Assembly: GCA_038998335.1 (NCBI GenBank) | Contig: JAVZHQ010000001.1 | Location: forward strand, 512,001-576,000 | DNA: 64,000 nucleotides | DNA from: Candidatus Aenigmatarchaeota archaeon | Lineage (GTDB): Archaea; Aenigmatarchaeota; Aenigmatarchaeia; CG10238-14; SCSR01 | Direction of reading: 5' to 3' | In this document: one piece after another, positions 18,430-29,898 of the stretch | How the letters are laid out: every line of letters begins with the position of its first letter | Numbering within the stretch: position 1 is the first letter of the stretch | Notes under the pieces: model-generated | Databases searched by the model: none | The model's input: the letters and a program-made list of their open reading frames with translations, nothing else | Told to the model about the DNA's origin: nothing | Translations under genes and position numbers: made by a program

Positions 18430-19817
18430 TCTTTAATTCCACTTAACCCAATAAACAAAGTCATTATTTCTACTCTTCCTGCGATCATAAGAAATATCAA
18501 AAGCCATTTTAACTCTAAAGGTAAAGAAAGAGAAGTTATTCCTATGGAAATTCCTGCAGTGCTGTAAGCTGACAAGCTCTCAAAAATAGAATCTTCAAAA
18601 GAAAAACCGTAAAAAGTAAAGATAAAAGCTGAAAGGAAAATTATGAAAACTGAAAGTATGACAGTTAAGAAGTGCTTCATAAGCTCAGAATCTTCAACAA
18701 CATTCCCTTCATAAACTAATTTTTCATCTTTTTTAGTTATTTCTCTTTTAATAAGAATCGGAATCGATTTAAAAAGGAGAATAATTCTTTTTATTTTTAT
18801 TCCTCCTGCAGAAGAAAAAGCGCAACCTCCAACAAACATCAAAAGAATGAAAATCATTTTCAACGATTGAACTAAATTAGGAGAAGCAATTCTGTTAAAA
18901 TCAACATAGCTTAAGCCAGTAGTTGAGGAAGTGCTAACCACATGGAAAAGTGATGAAAACAAATCTAAGTTTGAAAAAGCGAAAACAAAGAAAGTTGCGA
19001 GAAGAATTATAAGAATAAAAACTTCAAACTCTTTAGTTATTTGCCTTTTTCTTCCTATGTAGAAGAGCTTATAAATAACCCAGAAGTTTGTCGCACCTAT
19101 TATCATAACCACTATCAAAAGAGCTTTCAAAATCAAGCTTTCAGGAATTGTTTGAATCGGCAAGCTTCCGGTGACTATTGTACTCATTATAAGGGAAGCG
19201 CTATCTATCAGATCGCCATAATTCAAAAAGAAAAACATTGCTGTGAAAATAATCGTCAACACAGCATAAGCTAAAACAACTATAACAAAAGACTTTTTGA
19301 TTTGCTCTGTTATTTTATCAATATCTATAAGCTTGCTAATTCTATCTGCAAAGTCAGCTGGGTAAAAAAAGCTTAAGAGAATAAAGATTAAGCCAATACC
19401 TCCAACCCACTGGATAACGCTGCGATAAAGAATCAAAGATTTTGAAAGTGTAGTGCTTTTCATGAAAGTTAAGCCTGTTGTTGTTGAAGTTGAAACACTT
19501 TCAAAATAACAAACTGTAAATTTTTCTACAGGGTTAGAAATTTCCAAAGGATTAAGGTATTGGCAAGGAATTGAGGTAAACAAGGGAAGAATTAAGAATA
19601 CCAAAACAAGCAATAAACAAGAATTTTTAAAGCTCAAAACTTTTCTCTCACACAAGGCGTTAAGGAAAAAGCCAGAAACAAGCAGGGAAACAGAAGTAAT
19701 GAAAAGAGGGGTTAAAGCTTGATTTTCATTCAAGTAAAAAGCGGCGATTATCGGAATAAGAATAAAGAAGCCTGCAAACTGAAGAACAAAGCCTAGGTTA
19801 GCAAGCAAAGGTTTCAT
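18426..19817 (-). CDS. trkH: TrkH-type potassium uptake membrane subunit
   Basis: FESVSTSTTTG, QWVGGIG, SSAGGIKIKR, FESLSAYSTAG, LMIAGRVE. Confidence 0.93.
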   Translation of the reverse strand: MKPLLANLGFVLQFAGFFILIPIIAAFYLNENQALTPLFITSVSLLVSGFFLNALCERKVLSFKNSCLLLVLVFLILPLFTSIPCQYLNPLEISNPVEKFTVCYFESVSTSTTTGLTFMKSTTLSKSLILYRSVIQWVGGIGLIFILLSFFYPADFADRISKLIDIDKITEQIKKSFVIVVLAYAVLTIIFTAMFFFLNYGDLIDSASLIMSTIVTGSLPIQTIPESLILKALLIVVMIIGATNFWVIYKLFYIGRKRQITKEFEVFILIILLATFFVFAFSNLDLFSSLFHVVSTSSTTGLSYVDFNRIASPNLVQSLKMIFILLMFVGGCAFSSAGGIKIKRIILLFKSIPILIKREITKKDEKLVYEGNVVEDSELMKHFLTVILSVFIIFLSAFIFTFYGFSFEDSIFESLSAYSTAGISIGITSLSLPLELKWLLIFLMIAGRVEIMTLFIGLSGIKD

Positions 19818-19849
19818 AATTTTTCTTTTGATTTATTTTAAAATAAAAG

Positions 19850-20236
19850 TTACTTTGCTCCTAGCCTAAACCTAACACTTTTATAGCCAAAGCTCTTTAG
19901 ATAATCCCTAAAGGTTTTCATTTCTTCTTTTTTTACTTTTTCAAAATATCTTACCAAAACTTTAAGAGTTTCAGAAATTTCTACATCAAACTCATGAGGA
20001 AAAATTCCTTTTATTCCTTCCTCAACTTCTATTTCAACTGATTTACAATCAAACTCTGCCTTAGAAATTGGATAACCTGAAAAGAAAGTTATGTTTAAAT
20101 CGTAATTGCTACCGCTTTCAAGCACCTTTACTTCAAAATTTTCAGGAAAGTTACTTCTATTAAAATACCCACAACTCTTAACTATCCTTACTCTTTTCTT
20201 TTTCAAATCTTCTATCAAAGGTATAGCATAACTCAT
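19850..20236 (-). CDS. Hypothetical protein
   Basis: 128-aa ORF. Confidence 0.55.
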   Translation of the reverse strand: MSYAIPLIEDLKKKRVRIVKSCGYFNRSNFPENFEVKVLESGSNYDLNITFFSGYPISKAEFDCKSVEIEVEEGIKGIFPHEFDVEISETLKVLVRYFEKVKKEEMKTFRDYLKSFGYKSVRFRLGAK

Positions 20237-20316
20237 ACCATTAAAAGAAAAAGTAAACTTTAAATAGTTTTCAGAACAATTAGTTAGTGTTTAAATAATC
20301 TAAAAAAGGGAAGGAA

Positions 20317-20667
20317 ATGAAAGGAAAAAAAGCTATCTTAATTTGCTTTTCAGTAAAGTCTGGAAAATTTGAAAGTTATTCTGAAAGAAACAAGTTTTTC
20401 AAAAAATTATACGGCTGGAAGCAAGTAATAAAAAAGGAAGTTAGAATGGAGAAAAAAGAGAAGGCTTATGTTTATAAAAGAGAAGGCTTACTAGATGAAA
20501 TTCCTCACTTAAAAGTTGACCAGAGCTCTTTTATTGTTCCTGAAGAAGAGTTTGAAAGAATAGCAGAATTTTTAAAAGAATGGCACGATAAAGTTATTTG
20601 GAAAACTTTCAAAGTTTTATTAGATAAAGAGTTTGAAGAATTAATTAAGGAGGAAATTCATGGCTGA
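20317..20667 (+). CDS. Hypothetical protein, possible Cas2/VapD-like ferredoxin fold
   Basis: ILICFSV..ERNKFFKKLYG...KVDQSSFIVP pattern; overlaps cdc48 start. Confidence 0.55.
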   Translation: MKGKKAILICFSVKSGKFESYSERNKFFKKLYGWKQVIKKEVRMEKKEKAYVYKREGLLDEIPHLKVDQSSFIVPEEEFERIAEFLKEWHDKVIWKTFKVLLDKEFEELIKEEIHG

Positions 20668-23600
20668 GAAAAGTGAAAAGGAAGTAAGGCTTAAGGTTGG
20701 CGAGCTAACAGCAAGAGAAGAGGCTGGAAGAGGAATAGTTAGGCTTGATTCTTCTGCAATGCAAAAGCTTGGAGTAAAAGAAGGGGATGTTGTTGAAATT
20801 GAAGGAAAGAGGAAAAGTGCAGCGATAGCAGTAAGGGCTTATCCTGCAGATGTTGGTTTAAACTTAATAAGAATGGATGGAATAACAAGAAGGAATTGCG
20901 GAGCAGGAGTTGGAGATTTTGTAAAAGTGAGAAAAGCAGAGGTAAAAGAAGCTAAAAAAGTTGTGTTAGCTCCTGCTGAAAAAGGGATAATGATTCATAT
21001 TTCTCCGAACTTGATCAAACAAAACATTTATATGCGTCCTTTGGTTAAGGGAGATATAATCATTCCCTCTCCTGTGGTTAGGAAAAGAAGGCCCTCTGGA
21101 GGAATTCTTGAAGATTTCTTTGGAGAAGAGTTTTTCACCGATATTTTTTTCACACCTTTTCCTGGAGAAACAAAGTTTATAGTTGTGAATACTGAACCAG
21201 GGGGAATAGTAAGAGTTGAAGACATAACAGAACTTGAAATTTTGCCTGAAGCTCCTGAAAAAATTGAGGAAAGAGCAATTCCTACAGTTACTTATGAGGA
21301 TATAGGAGGAATAAAGGATGTTATAGCAAAAGTTAGGGAAATGATAGAATTACCTTTAAGGCATCCTGAGCTTTTTGAGAGATTAGGAATAGAACCTCCA
21401 AAAGGAGTTTTGCTTTATGGACCTCCAGGTTGTGGAAAGACTTTGCTTGCAAAGGCTGTAGCTAACGAAAGTGGAGCTAACTTTATTTCAATCTCAGGCC
21501 CAGAGATCTTTAGCAAGTGGTACGGGCAAACAGAGGAAAACCTAAGGAAAATCTTTGAGGAAGCGGAAAAGAATGCTCCAAGCATAATTTTTATCGATGA
21601 GATAGATGCAATCGCTCCAAAAAGAGAAGAGGTTACTGGCGAGGTAGAAAGAAGAACTGTTTCTCAACTTTTAACTTTAATGGATGGTCTTAAAACAAGA
21701 GGAAAAGTTATAGTAATAGCAGCAAGCGTAACTGGTGATACGCCAATTCTGGTGAAGGAAAAAAATAGGATAAAGCTAGTACCAATAGGAAAATTTGTAG
21801 ACAGATTCTATGAAAAAGGAGAGGAAGGAGTAGAGAAATTTGTAGAAGGAATTTATGTTTTGGGAATGGAAAAAATGAAACCTAAGAGAAATTTCCCATG
21901 GACATTCTTCAAGTGCAGCGCGTTCAAGCCGGTTAGAAGTGTATTTAGACATAAAGTCAAAGAAATTTTTGAAATTGAATTTAACGGCGGAAAAATTAGA
22001 GCAACGGGAAATCACTCCGTTTTTGTTAGAACCAAACACGGAATTGAACCAAAAAGAGTAGATGAGCTTAAAGTTGGTGAATGTCTTGTAGATTTGCCGT
22101 ATAAAGTTAACAGGACAAGCAAGGCGGAAATAAGATCGCACATTTTCCCGAACAATGTAAAACTAGTATTACCTGTCTATAATTTCGAACCACAAATAGC
22201 TTTTGAAACAGCCATTTCAGGTATTTTTTCTGTTCCAGAAATTTGCAAGGAATTTGGCGTGCATCCCTCTACCGTACAAAGATGGCAAAAAGGAATTCAA
22301 CAACCAAGAATTATGAGATACGTTGGAAAAATACCTGTGTATGTTGATGTTACGCCTGAATTAATGAGCCTTTTTGGTTATTATGTCGCAGAAGGGTCTT
22401 CAACAAAAGCACTTGATTTCTGTTTTGGTGCGCACGAGAAAAATCTAATAGAGGATGTTCAAAAGAAAATGAGGAAAGTCTTTGGAGTTAAACCTAGCTC
22501 TGTTAAAGTAACTAAAAACAGATGCAACATAACATACAATATAAAGCCTTTGGCAGAGTTTTTCAGCAGATATTGCGGCAAAGGTGCTAAAAATAAAGAA
22601 GTGCCTTGGTTCCTGTTTGAATTACCTCGAGAACATTTCTTAGAGTTCTTGAAAGCGTATGCTTTGGGGGATGGGCATTTTGACAAAAATGGCAGAATTG
22701 AAATAACTTCTGTCAGCAAAAAGCTCATAGTAGAGTTGAATTGGCTATGCAGAATGCATGGTATAAAATCCTACATAAGTAAGTTTAAAGTTAAGGCTGG
22801 GAGAAAAATTGGAGAACAAACTATAAAGAAAGAAACCATAGCCTATAGGTTAGGGATCGGAAAAACAAACAACCCATTTTCCAACCAAAAAAAGAAAGGT
22901 TTTCAAAAGCTCGCCAGAATAAAAAAGATTACTAAGAAAAAGTATAATGGTTATGTTTATGATTTATGTGGATGTGAGGAAGAAGCTTTCTTTGGCGGAG
23001 AAACTCCTGTACTTTTACACAACACAAATAGGCCCAATGCCTTAGACCCTGCTTTGAGAAGAGCTGGCCGCTTCGATAGAGAAATAGAAATTCCTGTCCC
23101 TGATAGGAATGGAAGACTAGAAATTTTCAAGATTCACACTAGAAACATGCCTTTGGATAAAGATGTTGATTTGAACTGGCTTGCAGACATAACTTATGGT
23201 TACGTAGGAGCAGACATAATGGCTTTGTGTAAGGAAGCAGCAATGTCTGCTTTGAGAAGAGTTTTACCTGAAATAAAATGGAAGGAAGAAGAAGAACTAC
23301 CAAAAGAAGTTATGGAAAAACTTGTTGTTAAGAAAGAAGATTTTGAGAATGCTTTAAAAGTTGTTGAACCAAGCGCAATGAGAGAAGTTTTGATCGAGAT
23401 TCCAAAGGTTAAATGGGAAGATATTGGCGGATTAGAAGAAGTTAAACAACAATTAAGAGAAATGGTTGAATGGCCTTTGAAAAACCCTGAAGCTTTTGAA
23501 AGAATGGGAATAACCCCACCAAAAGGAATTTTGCTCTATGGGCCTCCAGGTTGTGGAAAGACTTTGCTTGCAAAGGCTGTAGCTAATGAAAGTGGAGCTA

Positions 23601-25585
23601 ACTTTATAGCAGTAAAAGGACCAGAAGTTTTAACGATGTGGGTTGGTGAAAGTTTACCTTACGATGAAAAAATACTCATTATAAACGATGGTAAAGTTAA
23701 AAGAATCGACATAAGCAAATATCCAGAAGATAAAAAAGTTTTTGTACCTACGATTGACGATAATTTTAAGGCAAAGAATTCAAAATCTATCAGATTAATT
23801 AAGCATCCTGCCCCGCCTTTTGTTTACAAAATAAAAACTGAAACTGGTAGGGAGATAAGAGTTACTGGAGGACATAGCTTGTTTATTAAAGAAAAAAATA
23901 GCTTCAAGGAAATTTTTGCAGAACAGGTTGAACCTGGAAAAACAAGAATTGCTGTACCAGCCAAGATTGTTGCTCCAGAAAGTGAGAAAGAAATAAACCT
24001 TATCGAGTATCTCAAAAACAAAGGTCATTATATTTTCGTAAAAAACTCTCAGAGGTACTTGAAAGAAGCAGTTAAAAAAATTGGAACAAAAAAAGTTGCA
24101 GAAATACTAGCGATTGAACCAAAAAATATTTACTCTTACTTGAAAAAATCTAACGTTAAATTAGACAAGTTCTTAAAGGTAATGGAAAAGGTTGGAATTG
24201 ATTATAACCCAAGAAAGCTAGAGCTAATTAGTAGAAAGGCTAAGCTACCAGCTGTTATAAAGTTAAACGAAGACTTAGGCTTACTGCTTGGTCTATGGAC
24301 AGCTGAAGGAAGTTATTTTAATCATGGTGTGAGAATTAGCACTAATGAAAAAGAATTAGAAAAAGTGAAAGAAGTCTGTGAAAAATTTGGACCAGTTTGT
24401 GTCTATAAGAAAGGCAAAGGAAGAGATGTCTACATCGATTCTACTCTTCTAAAAATTTTCTTTAAAGATGTTCTTGGCTTGAAGGATGGCGCAAGAAATA
24501 AGCACGTCCCAGAAATTATCTTCTCTTCTCCTCTTCCAACAATAGCAAGTTTCTTAAGAGGATATTTCAGTGGTGATGGGTATTTCAGTAACAAATTTAT
24601 TGAAGCTACTACAGTAAGTAAAGAGTTAGCTAACGACATCTTAACATTATTATTGTACTTTGGAATAGTAGCAAGAGTAAAAGAAAAGAAGGAGAGAAAC
24701 GGAAGCATAAGCTATAGGATTAGATTTGTATGGCAAAAATGGTTAAAAGAGTTTTTAGATAAAATAGGCTTCCTAAGTGAAGAAAAAAACAACAAGCTAA
24801 AAAGATATTTAGAAAAATTGTGGCAAAAAACTAAGGAAAGAACTCCTGAAAAATTTATGGATAATGATGTTTATTGGGATCTGGTAGTTGAAAAGAAAAT
24901 CGAACCTTACAATTATCCTTATGTTTTTGACATAAGCGTAAACCCAACAGAACGCTTTGTAGCAGGTTTTGGCTGTGTTCTTGTTCATAATTCTGAGAGA
25001 AAAATAAGGGAAATCTTCAGAAGAGCAAGGCAAGTTGCTCCAGCTATAATTTTCTTCGATGAAATAGATGCTTTAGCCCCAAGAAGAGGATTTTACAGAG
25101 GAAGCGCAGTAACAGAAACAGTAGTATCTCAACTTTTAACAGAAATTTCTGGAATAGAAGAAACTAAAGGCGTAGTATTAATAGCAGCAACTAACAGGCC
25201 AGACATAGTTGACCCTGCCTTGCTTAGGCCTGGGAGAATTGATAGGTTTGTTTTGGTTCCTGCTCCTGACGAAAAGTCGAGACTAGAAATTCTAAAAGTC
25301 CATACAAGAAACATGCCTTTGAAAAACGTTGATTTAAAAGAATGGGCAAAGAAAACAGAAGGATTTTCAGGAGCAGACTTAGAGGCTTTATGCAGAGAGG
25401 CTGCTATGAACGCTTTGAGAGAAAATATAAAGGCTAAGGAAGTGACTAACAAGCATTTTGAGCAAGCTTTTAGCAAGATTACTCCGAGCATTACAAAAGA
25501 TGTTATTGCTCACTATCAAAAATTTGTTGAAAGGTCGAAAAAGATAAGAGAAGAAGAGAAAGAACCTCTTGGTTACATAGGTTAA
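20660..25585 (+). CDS. cdc48: CDC48/VAT AAA+ ATPase with two inteins (mature about 761 aa)
   Basis: N domain, two GPPGCGKT Walker A motifs, [19 protein letters not shown] motifs. Confidence 0.97.
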   Translation: MAEKSEKEVRLKVGELTAREEAGRGIVRLDSSAMQKLGVKEGDVVEIEGKRKSAAIAVRAYPADVGLNLIRMDGITRRNCGAGVGDFVKVRKAEVKEAKKVVLAPAEKGIMIHISPNLIKQNIYMRPLVKGDIIIPSPVVRKRRPSGGILEDFFGEEFFTDIFFTPFPGETKFIVVNTEPGGIVRVEDITELEILPEAPEKIEERAIPTVTYEDIGGIKDVIAKVREMIELPLRHPELFERLGIEPPKGVLLYGPPGCGKTLLAKAVANESGANFISISGPEIFSKWYGQTEENLRKIFEEAEKNAPSIIFIDEIDAIAPKREEVTGEVERRTVSQLLTLMDGLKTRGKVIVIAASVTGDTPILVKEKNRIKLVPIGKFVDRFYEKGEEGVEKFVEGIYVLGMEKMKPKRNFPWTFFKCSAFKPVRSVFRHKVKEIFEIEFNGGKIRATGNHSVFVRTKHGIEPKRVDELKVGECLVDLPYKVNRTSKAEIRSHIFPNNVKLVLPVYNFEPQIAFETAISGIFSVPEICKEFGVHPSTVQRWQKGIQQPRIMRYVGKIPVYVDVTPELMSLFGYYVAEGSSTKALDFCFGAHEKNLIEDVQKKMRKVFGVKPSSVKVTKNRCNITYNIKPLAEFFSRYCGKGAKNKEVPWFLFELPREHFLEFLKAYALGDGHFDKNGRIEITSVSKKLIVELNWLCRMHGIKSYISKFKVKAGRKIGEQTIKKETIAYRLGIGKTNNPFSNQKKKGFQKLARIKKITKKKYNGYVYDLCGCEEEAFFGGETPVLLHNTNRPNALDPALRRAGRFDREIEIPVPDRNGRLEIFKIHTRNMPLDKDVDLNWLADITYGYVGADIMALCKEAAMSALRRVLPEIKWKEEEELPKEVMEKLVVKKEDFENALKVVEPSAMREVLIEIPKVKWEDIGGLEEVKQQLREMVEWPLKNPEAFERMGITPPKGILLYGPPGCGKTLLAKAVANESGANFIAVKGPEVLTMWVGESLPYDEKILIINDGKVKRIDISKYPEDKKVFVPTIDDNFKAKNSKSIRLIKHPAPPFVYKIKTETGREIRVTGGHSLFIKEKNSFKEIFAEQVEPGKTRIAVPAKIVAPESEKEINLIEYLKNKGHYIFVKNSQRYLKEAVKKIGTKKVAEILAIEPKNIYSYLKKSNVKLDKFLKVMEKVGIDYNPRKLELISRKAKLPAVIKLNEDLGLLLGLWTAEGSYFNHGVRISTNEKELEKVKEVCEKFGPVCVYKKGKGRDVYIDSTLLKIFFKDVLGLKDGARNKHVPEIIFSSPLPTIASFLRGYFSGDGYFSNKFIEATTVSKELANDILTLLLYFGIVARVKEKKERNGSISYRIRFVWQKWLKEFLDKIGFLSEEKNNKLKRYLEKLWQKTKERTPEKFMDNDVYWDLVVEKKIEPYNYPYVFDISVNPTERFVAGFGCVLVHNSERKIREIFRRARQVAPAIIFFDEIDALAPRRGFYRGSAVTETVVSQLLTEISGIEETKGVVLIAATNRPDIVDPALLRPGRIDRFVLVPAPDEKSRLEILKVHTRNMPLKNVDLKEWAKKTEGFSGADLEALCREAAMNALRENIKAKEVTNKHFEQAFSKITPSITKDVIAHYQKFVERSKKIREEEKEPLGYIG
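21725..23023 (+). mobile_element. Intein 1 of CDC48 (433 aa, LAGLIDADG) at the D1 AA|TNRP site
   Basis: Starts SVTGDTP, ends LHN before T; GYYVAEG and AYALGDG motifs. Confidence 0.93.
23651..24991 (+). mobile_element. Intein 2 of CDC48 (447 aa, LAGLIDADG) at the D2 WVGE|SE site
   Basis: Starts SLPYDE, ends VHN before S; GLWTAEG and GYFSGDG motifs. Confidence 0.93.
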
Positions 25586-25624
25586 TTTAAAATTTTTCAA
25601 AACCTAAATAATTAATGTGATATT

Positions 25625-26053
25625 ATGTTGATAAAAGACGTGATGAATAGAAATGTTATCGCAACAAAACCAGAAACTAGTGTAAGAGAAGCTGCAAAGA
25701 TAATGTCAAAGTATCACATAGGCAGCTTAATAGTTCTTGAAGAAGAAAAGATTGCTGGAATAATTACAGAAGGTGACATTTTAAAAAAAGTTATTGTTGA
25801 AGGAAAAGACTTGGACGAAACAAAAGTAAGAGATATAATGACTGAAAATGTCATAACGATTACTCCAGATAAAACAATAGACGATGCGGTAAAAATTATG
25901 ACAGAAAAAAGGATTAAAAAATTGCCAGTAGTTGATAACGATAAACTAATTGGAATAATAACAGCAAGCGATATAATGGTTGTTGAACCAAAGCTTATAG
26001 AAGCTATAGCTGGTTTAATTTCGCTAAAGATTCCAGGTTATCAGGGCGGTTAA
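25625..26053 (+). CDS. CBS-pair domain protein
   Basis: DVMNRNVI, GIITEGDI, LPVVD. Confidence 0.95.
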   Translation: MLIKDVMNRNVIATKPETSVREAAKIMSKYHIGSLIVLEEEKIAGIITEGDILKKVIVEGKDLDETKVRDIMTENVITITPDKTIDDAVKIMTEKRIKKLPVVDNDKLIGIITASDIMVVEPKLIEAIAGLISLKIPGYQGG

Positions 26054-26054
26054 A

Positions 26055-26222
26055 GTGAAAGCAAGATGCTTTTGCCCTAAGCATGGTAAACTCGAGTTTG
26101 AAGAAATAGTAATAAAAGACCATACTCCCTTATGCGCAAAATGTCATTCTGTTTTGGAGTATTGTACAGTAAAGCCAAGGTTTGATGTTAATGGCGGCGA
26201 AAGGAAAAAAAGTAAGAAATAA
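26055..26222 (+). CDS. Small Zn-finger-like protein, 55 aa, not in ORF track
   Basis: GTG start; MKARCFCPKHG...PLCAKCHSVLE. Confidence 0.7.
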   Translation: MKARCFCPKHGKLEFEEIVIKDHTPLCAKCHSVLEYCTVKPRFDVNGGERKKSKK

Positions 26223-26224
26223 GT

Positions 26225-27955
26225 CTAACTTATTACTTCAAAAATATTTTTATAACCTCTTGACTTAAGATATTTTTTCATTCCTTCTTTTATTTCTTCA
26301 AAAACCTTTATGCCTTTATAACCAATAGCACTTCCTATTTGACAAGCAGAAGCTCCACTAGTGAACCTTTTTAAAGCATCTTTCCAATCAAAAATTCCTC
26401 CTGCCGAAATTATAGGCAACTCTATTTCTCTATGCAAGTCTTTCAAAATTTTCTCACTCAATTTTTTTATTCCTTTTCCAGAAATTCCACCAAAGCCAGA
26501 AGAGCTTCCTAACATTTTAACATTAAGCTTTTTGTTTATAGGTTTATACCTTAAAGTGTTTATAGCAACTATACCGTTTGCCCAACCTTCTTCTGCTGCC
26601 TTTGCAACATCAATATAATTTGAATTTGGGGAAACTTTCACTAGAACCGGAACTCCAAAAGGATGTGAAACCTTTGCAATCCTTTTAGTAACTTCTTTAA
26701 CTAAATCAGGATTTTCTTCTATACTTGCAACTTCTGTATGAGGACAAGAAATGTTAACTTCAATAGCATTAACTCCAAAACCTAAACCAATTTCAGCAAC
26801 TTTCTCGTACTCTTCCGGGCTTTTTCCAAAGATACTCAAAATTATCGGAACGTTTGCCTTCTTCATATCTTCTATTTCAGGTTTCATGTTTTCTATTCCT
26901 GGGTTTGGAAGACCCATAGCATTTATTGGCGTGAATTTTTTCAGTTCAAAAAAATTTGGTCCATCAAAACCTTCCCTTTCTTCTAAACAAACAGATTTTG
27001 TAACAATTGCTCCAGCTCCTCCCTCCTTTACGTATCTGTACAAAAGTTTACCAGAAACCCCAAAACCAGAAGAATTCATGAAAGGATTGGGAAATTTTAT
27101 ACCAAACAATTCCATTTCAAAAAACTCATCGTACTCAGGGAAAAATTCTTCAAGAGGAATTTCTTTTTCATCTTTTATTTTAATTCTTTTTCCACTTTTA
27201 GCTCTTATCCATTTTCCAAACTCAGTTTCCAAAATTTTTTCAGAATCAAAAACTGGTCCTTCTTTACATATCCTGTATCCTCCCAAGTCACAAGAACCAC
27301 AAAAACCTTGAGCACATTTTATAACTCTTTCAGTTAAAACTTGAGTTTTAATTCCATACTTTTTTGTAATATCGCAAACTTTTCTCATCATCAACTCTGG
27401 ACCACAGGTTAAAACTAAATCAAATTTCTCTTTTTTTATTTCTTGAGAAAAAAGATCTGTTACCAAACCTTTGTAACCCTCGCTTCCGTTTTCTGTGGCA
27501 ACCTTAACCCTTGCAAAATTTTCTATTTCATCTCTGTAAAGCAATTCTTCTTTTGTTTTTGCTCCAAGAAAAACTGTTAAATCCTTTTTTCTGTTTTTTT
27601 CTGTATAAAATCTTATTGGAGCTGAGCCGTAACCTCCTGCTACTGCGCAAACTTTTTCTCCTTCAAAACTAAACCAATTTCCATAAGGTCCTCTTATTCC
27701 TATGTAATCACCAGCTTTCTTTTCATGTAAAGCTTCCGTTCCCCTTCCAACTTTTGCAACCGCAATTTCTATTGTTTCGTCATACACAGAAGCTATGCTT
27801 ATAGGAAATTCGTCACAACGTGGAACCCAAACCATTAAAAATTGACCAGGCTTTGATTCTTCTGAAATTTTTTTAGAGTTAAACTGAAAACTTTTTACTG
27901 ATGGAGTTTCTTGTTTTACTCTCTTAATCTTGTAGAGTTTTGGTTTATACATCAA
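26225..27955 (-). CDS. pyrK-pyrD: Fused dihydroorotate dehydrogenase electron-transfer subunit (PyrK) and family 1B catalytic subunit (PyrD)
   Basis: RGPYG, CGPELMM, CAQGFCGSC..C Fe-S motif, then INAMGLPNPG, NISCPH, GGISG. Confidence 0.92.
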   Translation of the reverse strand: MMYKPKLYKIKRVKQETPSVKSFQFNSKKISEESKPGQFLMVWVPRCDEFPISIASVYDETIEIAVAKVGRGTEALHEKKAGDYIGIRGPYGNWFSFEGEKVCAVAGGYGSAPIRFYTEKNRKKDLTVFLGAKTKEELLYRDEIENFARVKVATENGSEGYKGLVTDLFSQEIKKEKFDLVLTCGPELMMRKVCDITKKYGIKTQVLTERVIKCAQGFCGSCDLGGYRICKEGPVFDSEKILETEFGKWIRAKSGKRIKIKDEKEIPLEEFFPEYDEFFEMELFGIKFPNPFMNSSGFGVSGKLLYRYVKEGGAGAIVTKSVCLEEREGFDGPNFFELKKFTPINAMGLPNPGIENMKPEIEDMKKANVPIILSIFGKSPEEYEKVAEIGLGFGVNAIEVNISCPHTEVASIEENPDLVKEVTKRIAKVSHPFGVPVLVKVSPNSNYIDVAKAAEEGWANGIVAINTLRYKPINKKLNVKMLGSSSGFGGISGKGIKKLSEKILKDLHREIELPIISAGGIFDWKDALKRFTSGASACQIGSAIGYKGIKVFEEIKEGMKKYLKSRGYKNIFEVIS

Positions 27956-27979
27956 AACTATTAAGGAGGGAAAAAGATT

Positions 27980-29167
27980 TTAGCTTATTCTTCTTTTAAG
28001 AACAAGAAAAATCAATAAAGCAAAAATTTGTGTTACGAGAATAAAAATTGTTAGGTAGAAAATTGAAAATTCGTAAAAGATTCCAATTAAGGCTGAGCCA
28101 ATAAGGGAGGCAAAACCATAGAATGCGGTAAAAATCCCGTAAGCTGAACCTCTTTTTGAAATTGGTGTTATGTCAGCGATAGCAGCTCTCATTATCGTTT
28201 CGTGCGAACCAATCACTATACCAAAAATTACAACTCCTAAAATTATTAAAGCAAAACTGTAAGCAAAAACTAAGAACGGAATCGTTAAAGTTAACAAAGG
28301 AAGCAAGATTAGAAGAAGCAACCCTAATTTTTTACCTTTTTTCTCAAGCTTATCGTAAGCTTTTCCTATTAGCAAAGCAGTTATCGCATCAACTATCATG
28401 GCTAAGGAATAAATCAAAGGAATTTGAGCTTCAGGAATTATTTTATTAAACTTGAAATGATAGCCTAGAATTACAAAGTTTATAAAGCCGAGTGTTGTTG
28501 CAAAGACAAATAAAACATAAAGCCAAAAAATTCTTGTTAATTTTTTACTTTCCTTTTTTCTTTCTTTTTCAATTTTAGCATGTCTGAAGAAAAGATAAGC
28601 AAACAAAAGAAAAATCATTAAAACAAAAAAAGGAATTAAAAGAAGAGAAAAAGCCTGTTTATATTCTGCTAAGCTTACTGTTTTAAAATTCAAGAAAAAA
28701 ATTGAAATCAACAAAGGACCTAATAAAGCACCAATTTGATCCAAAAATTCATGAATTCCAAAACCAAAGCCTGTGCCAACTTTTTTTGCAGAATAAGAAA
28801 TTATAGTATCTCTTGCAGGATTTCTGATTGCTTTACCAATTCTTTCTAGAATTATGAAAAATATAGCAACTTGCCAGTTTCCTGCAAGAGCAAGCAAAGG
28901 AATAGAAACAAGCAAAGCATAACCAAGAAAAGTTAACAGCCAGTAAGATTTTGTTTTGTCTGAAATGTAACCAGAAACTGCTCTCAAAGCATAGCCAAGA
29001 AATTCTCCCAAACCAGTGAAAAAACCAATTATTGCTGCACTTGCCCCAAGAATTTGCAAGTATTGACCGGTAATTCCTCTTGCCCCTTCATAAATTACAT
29101 CTCCAAGCAAGCTAACTAAACCAAAAATTGTTATCAAGACTAACGCTTGCTTTACCAATTTCTTCAT
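27980..29167 (-). CDS. MFS transporter
   Basis: About 12 TMs, ERIGKAIRNPARD, RGSAYG. Confidence 0.9.
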   Translation of the reverse strand: MKKLVKQALVLITIFGLVSLLGDVIYEGARGITGQYLQILGASAAIIGFFTGLGEFLGYALRAVSGYISDKTKSYWLLTFLGYALLVSIPLLALAGNWQVAIFFIILERIGKAIRNPARDTIISYSAKKVGTGFGFGIHEFLDQIGALLGPLLISIFFLNFKTVSLAEYKQAFSLLLIPFFVLMIFLLFAYLFFRHAKIEKERKKESKKLTRIFWLYVLFVFATTLGFINFVILGYHFKFNKIIPEAQIPLIYSLAMIVDAITALLIGKAYDKLEKKGKKLGLLLLILLPLLTLTIPFLVFAYSFALIILGVVIFGIVIGSHETIMRAAIADITPISKRGSAYGIFTAFYGFASLIGSALIGIFYEFSIFYLTIFILVTQIFALLIFLVLKRRIS

Positions 29168-29205
29168 ACAAACACAAGAAATTTTTATTTTTCAAACCTT
29201 AAAAA

Positions 29206-29898
29206 CTATTCTAAGCTTAGGTCATAAAGAAAGTTGTAAATGTCAACATGAGCTCTATATTCTTTCATCAAACTTTCTATAACTTTTTTATTGGGCTTCA
29301 ATTTTTCTATAGCAATTGGTAAGATATTTCTTGCTCTACTCATGCAATATACTGGTACTCCCAAGTAGTTTGTGATGTATTTTTCAGGAAAAGCTCCTCC
29401 CCATCTTCTATCTTCTCTGTAGCAAACTACTATTATTGAATTAACTTTTGCTCCACCTTCGTACAAATGCAGAGCAGTTGTTATAACAGAATCGCCAGTT
29501 GTGGCTGTATCTTCAAGCAAATTGAAAGTTTTGCCTTTAACATCTATGGGTGAAAGACTGTAGGGAAACTTTCCAGAAACACCGTGAGATTTGAGTTGGG
29601 AACGTAGAAAAATAAAATCTTTAAAGTCAAGCTTTTTATTTACTTCTATGGCTGGAAGAGTTGCAGATTCAGGAACTCCAACTAATGGATATTTGTCAAG
29701 ATTTCTTGAAACCACAAAATCCTTAACAAAACTAGCAAATTTATCAAGTTTTTCAAAATTTTCTTGAAGCTCTCTTAAGTTGACATACCATGAACTTTCT
29801 TGTCCAGAGGAAAGTTTTATGGGTTCTTCAAAAAAACCGATACATTTATTTTCCACTAAGAATTCTATAAAATTTTTTTCGTCAAATTTTGCTTCCAT
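29206..29898 (-). CDS. pyrE: Orotate phosphoribosyltransferase
   Basis: LSSGQESSWYVN, PRPP motif LLEDTATTGDS. Confidence 0.85.
   Translation of the reverse strand: MEAKFDEKNFIEFLVENKCIGFFEEPIKLSSGQESSWYVNLRELQENFEKLDKFASFVKDFVVSRNLDKYPLVGVPESATLPAIEVNKKLDFKDFIFLRSQLKSHGVSGKFPYSLSPIDVKGKTFNLLEDTATTGDSVITTALHLYEGGAKVNSIIVVCYREDRRWGGAFPEKYITNYLGVPVYCMSRARNILPIAIEKLKPNKKVIESLMKEYRAHVDIYNFLYDLSLE

Noticed and set aside
26361-27311. Plus-strand ORFs of 85 and 186 aa, and similar short ORFs elsewhere
   Set aside because: Antisense shadows of well-supported genes, rich in F/S/L/I
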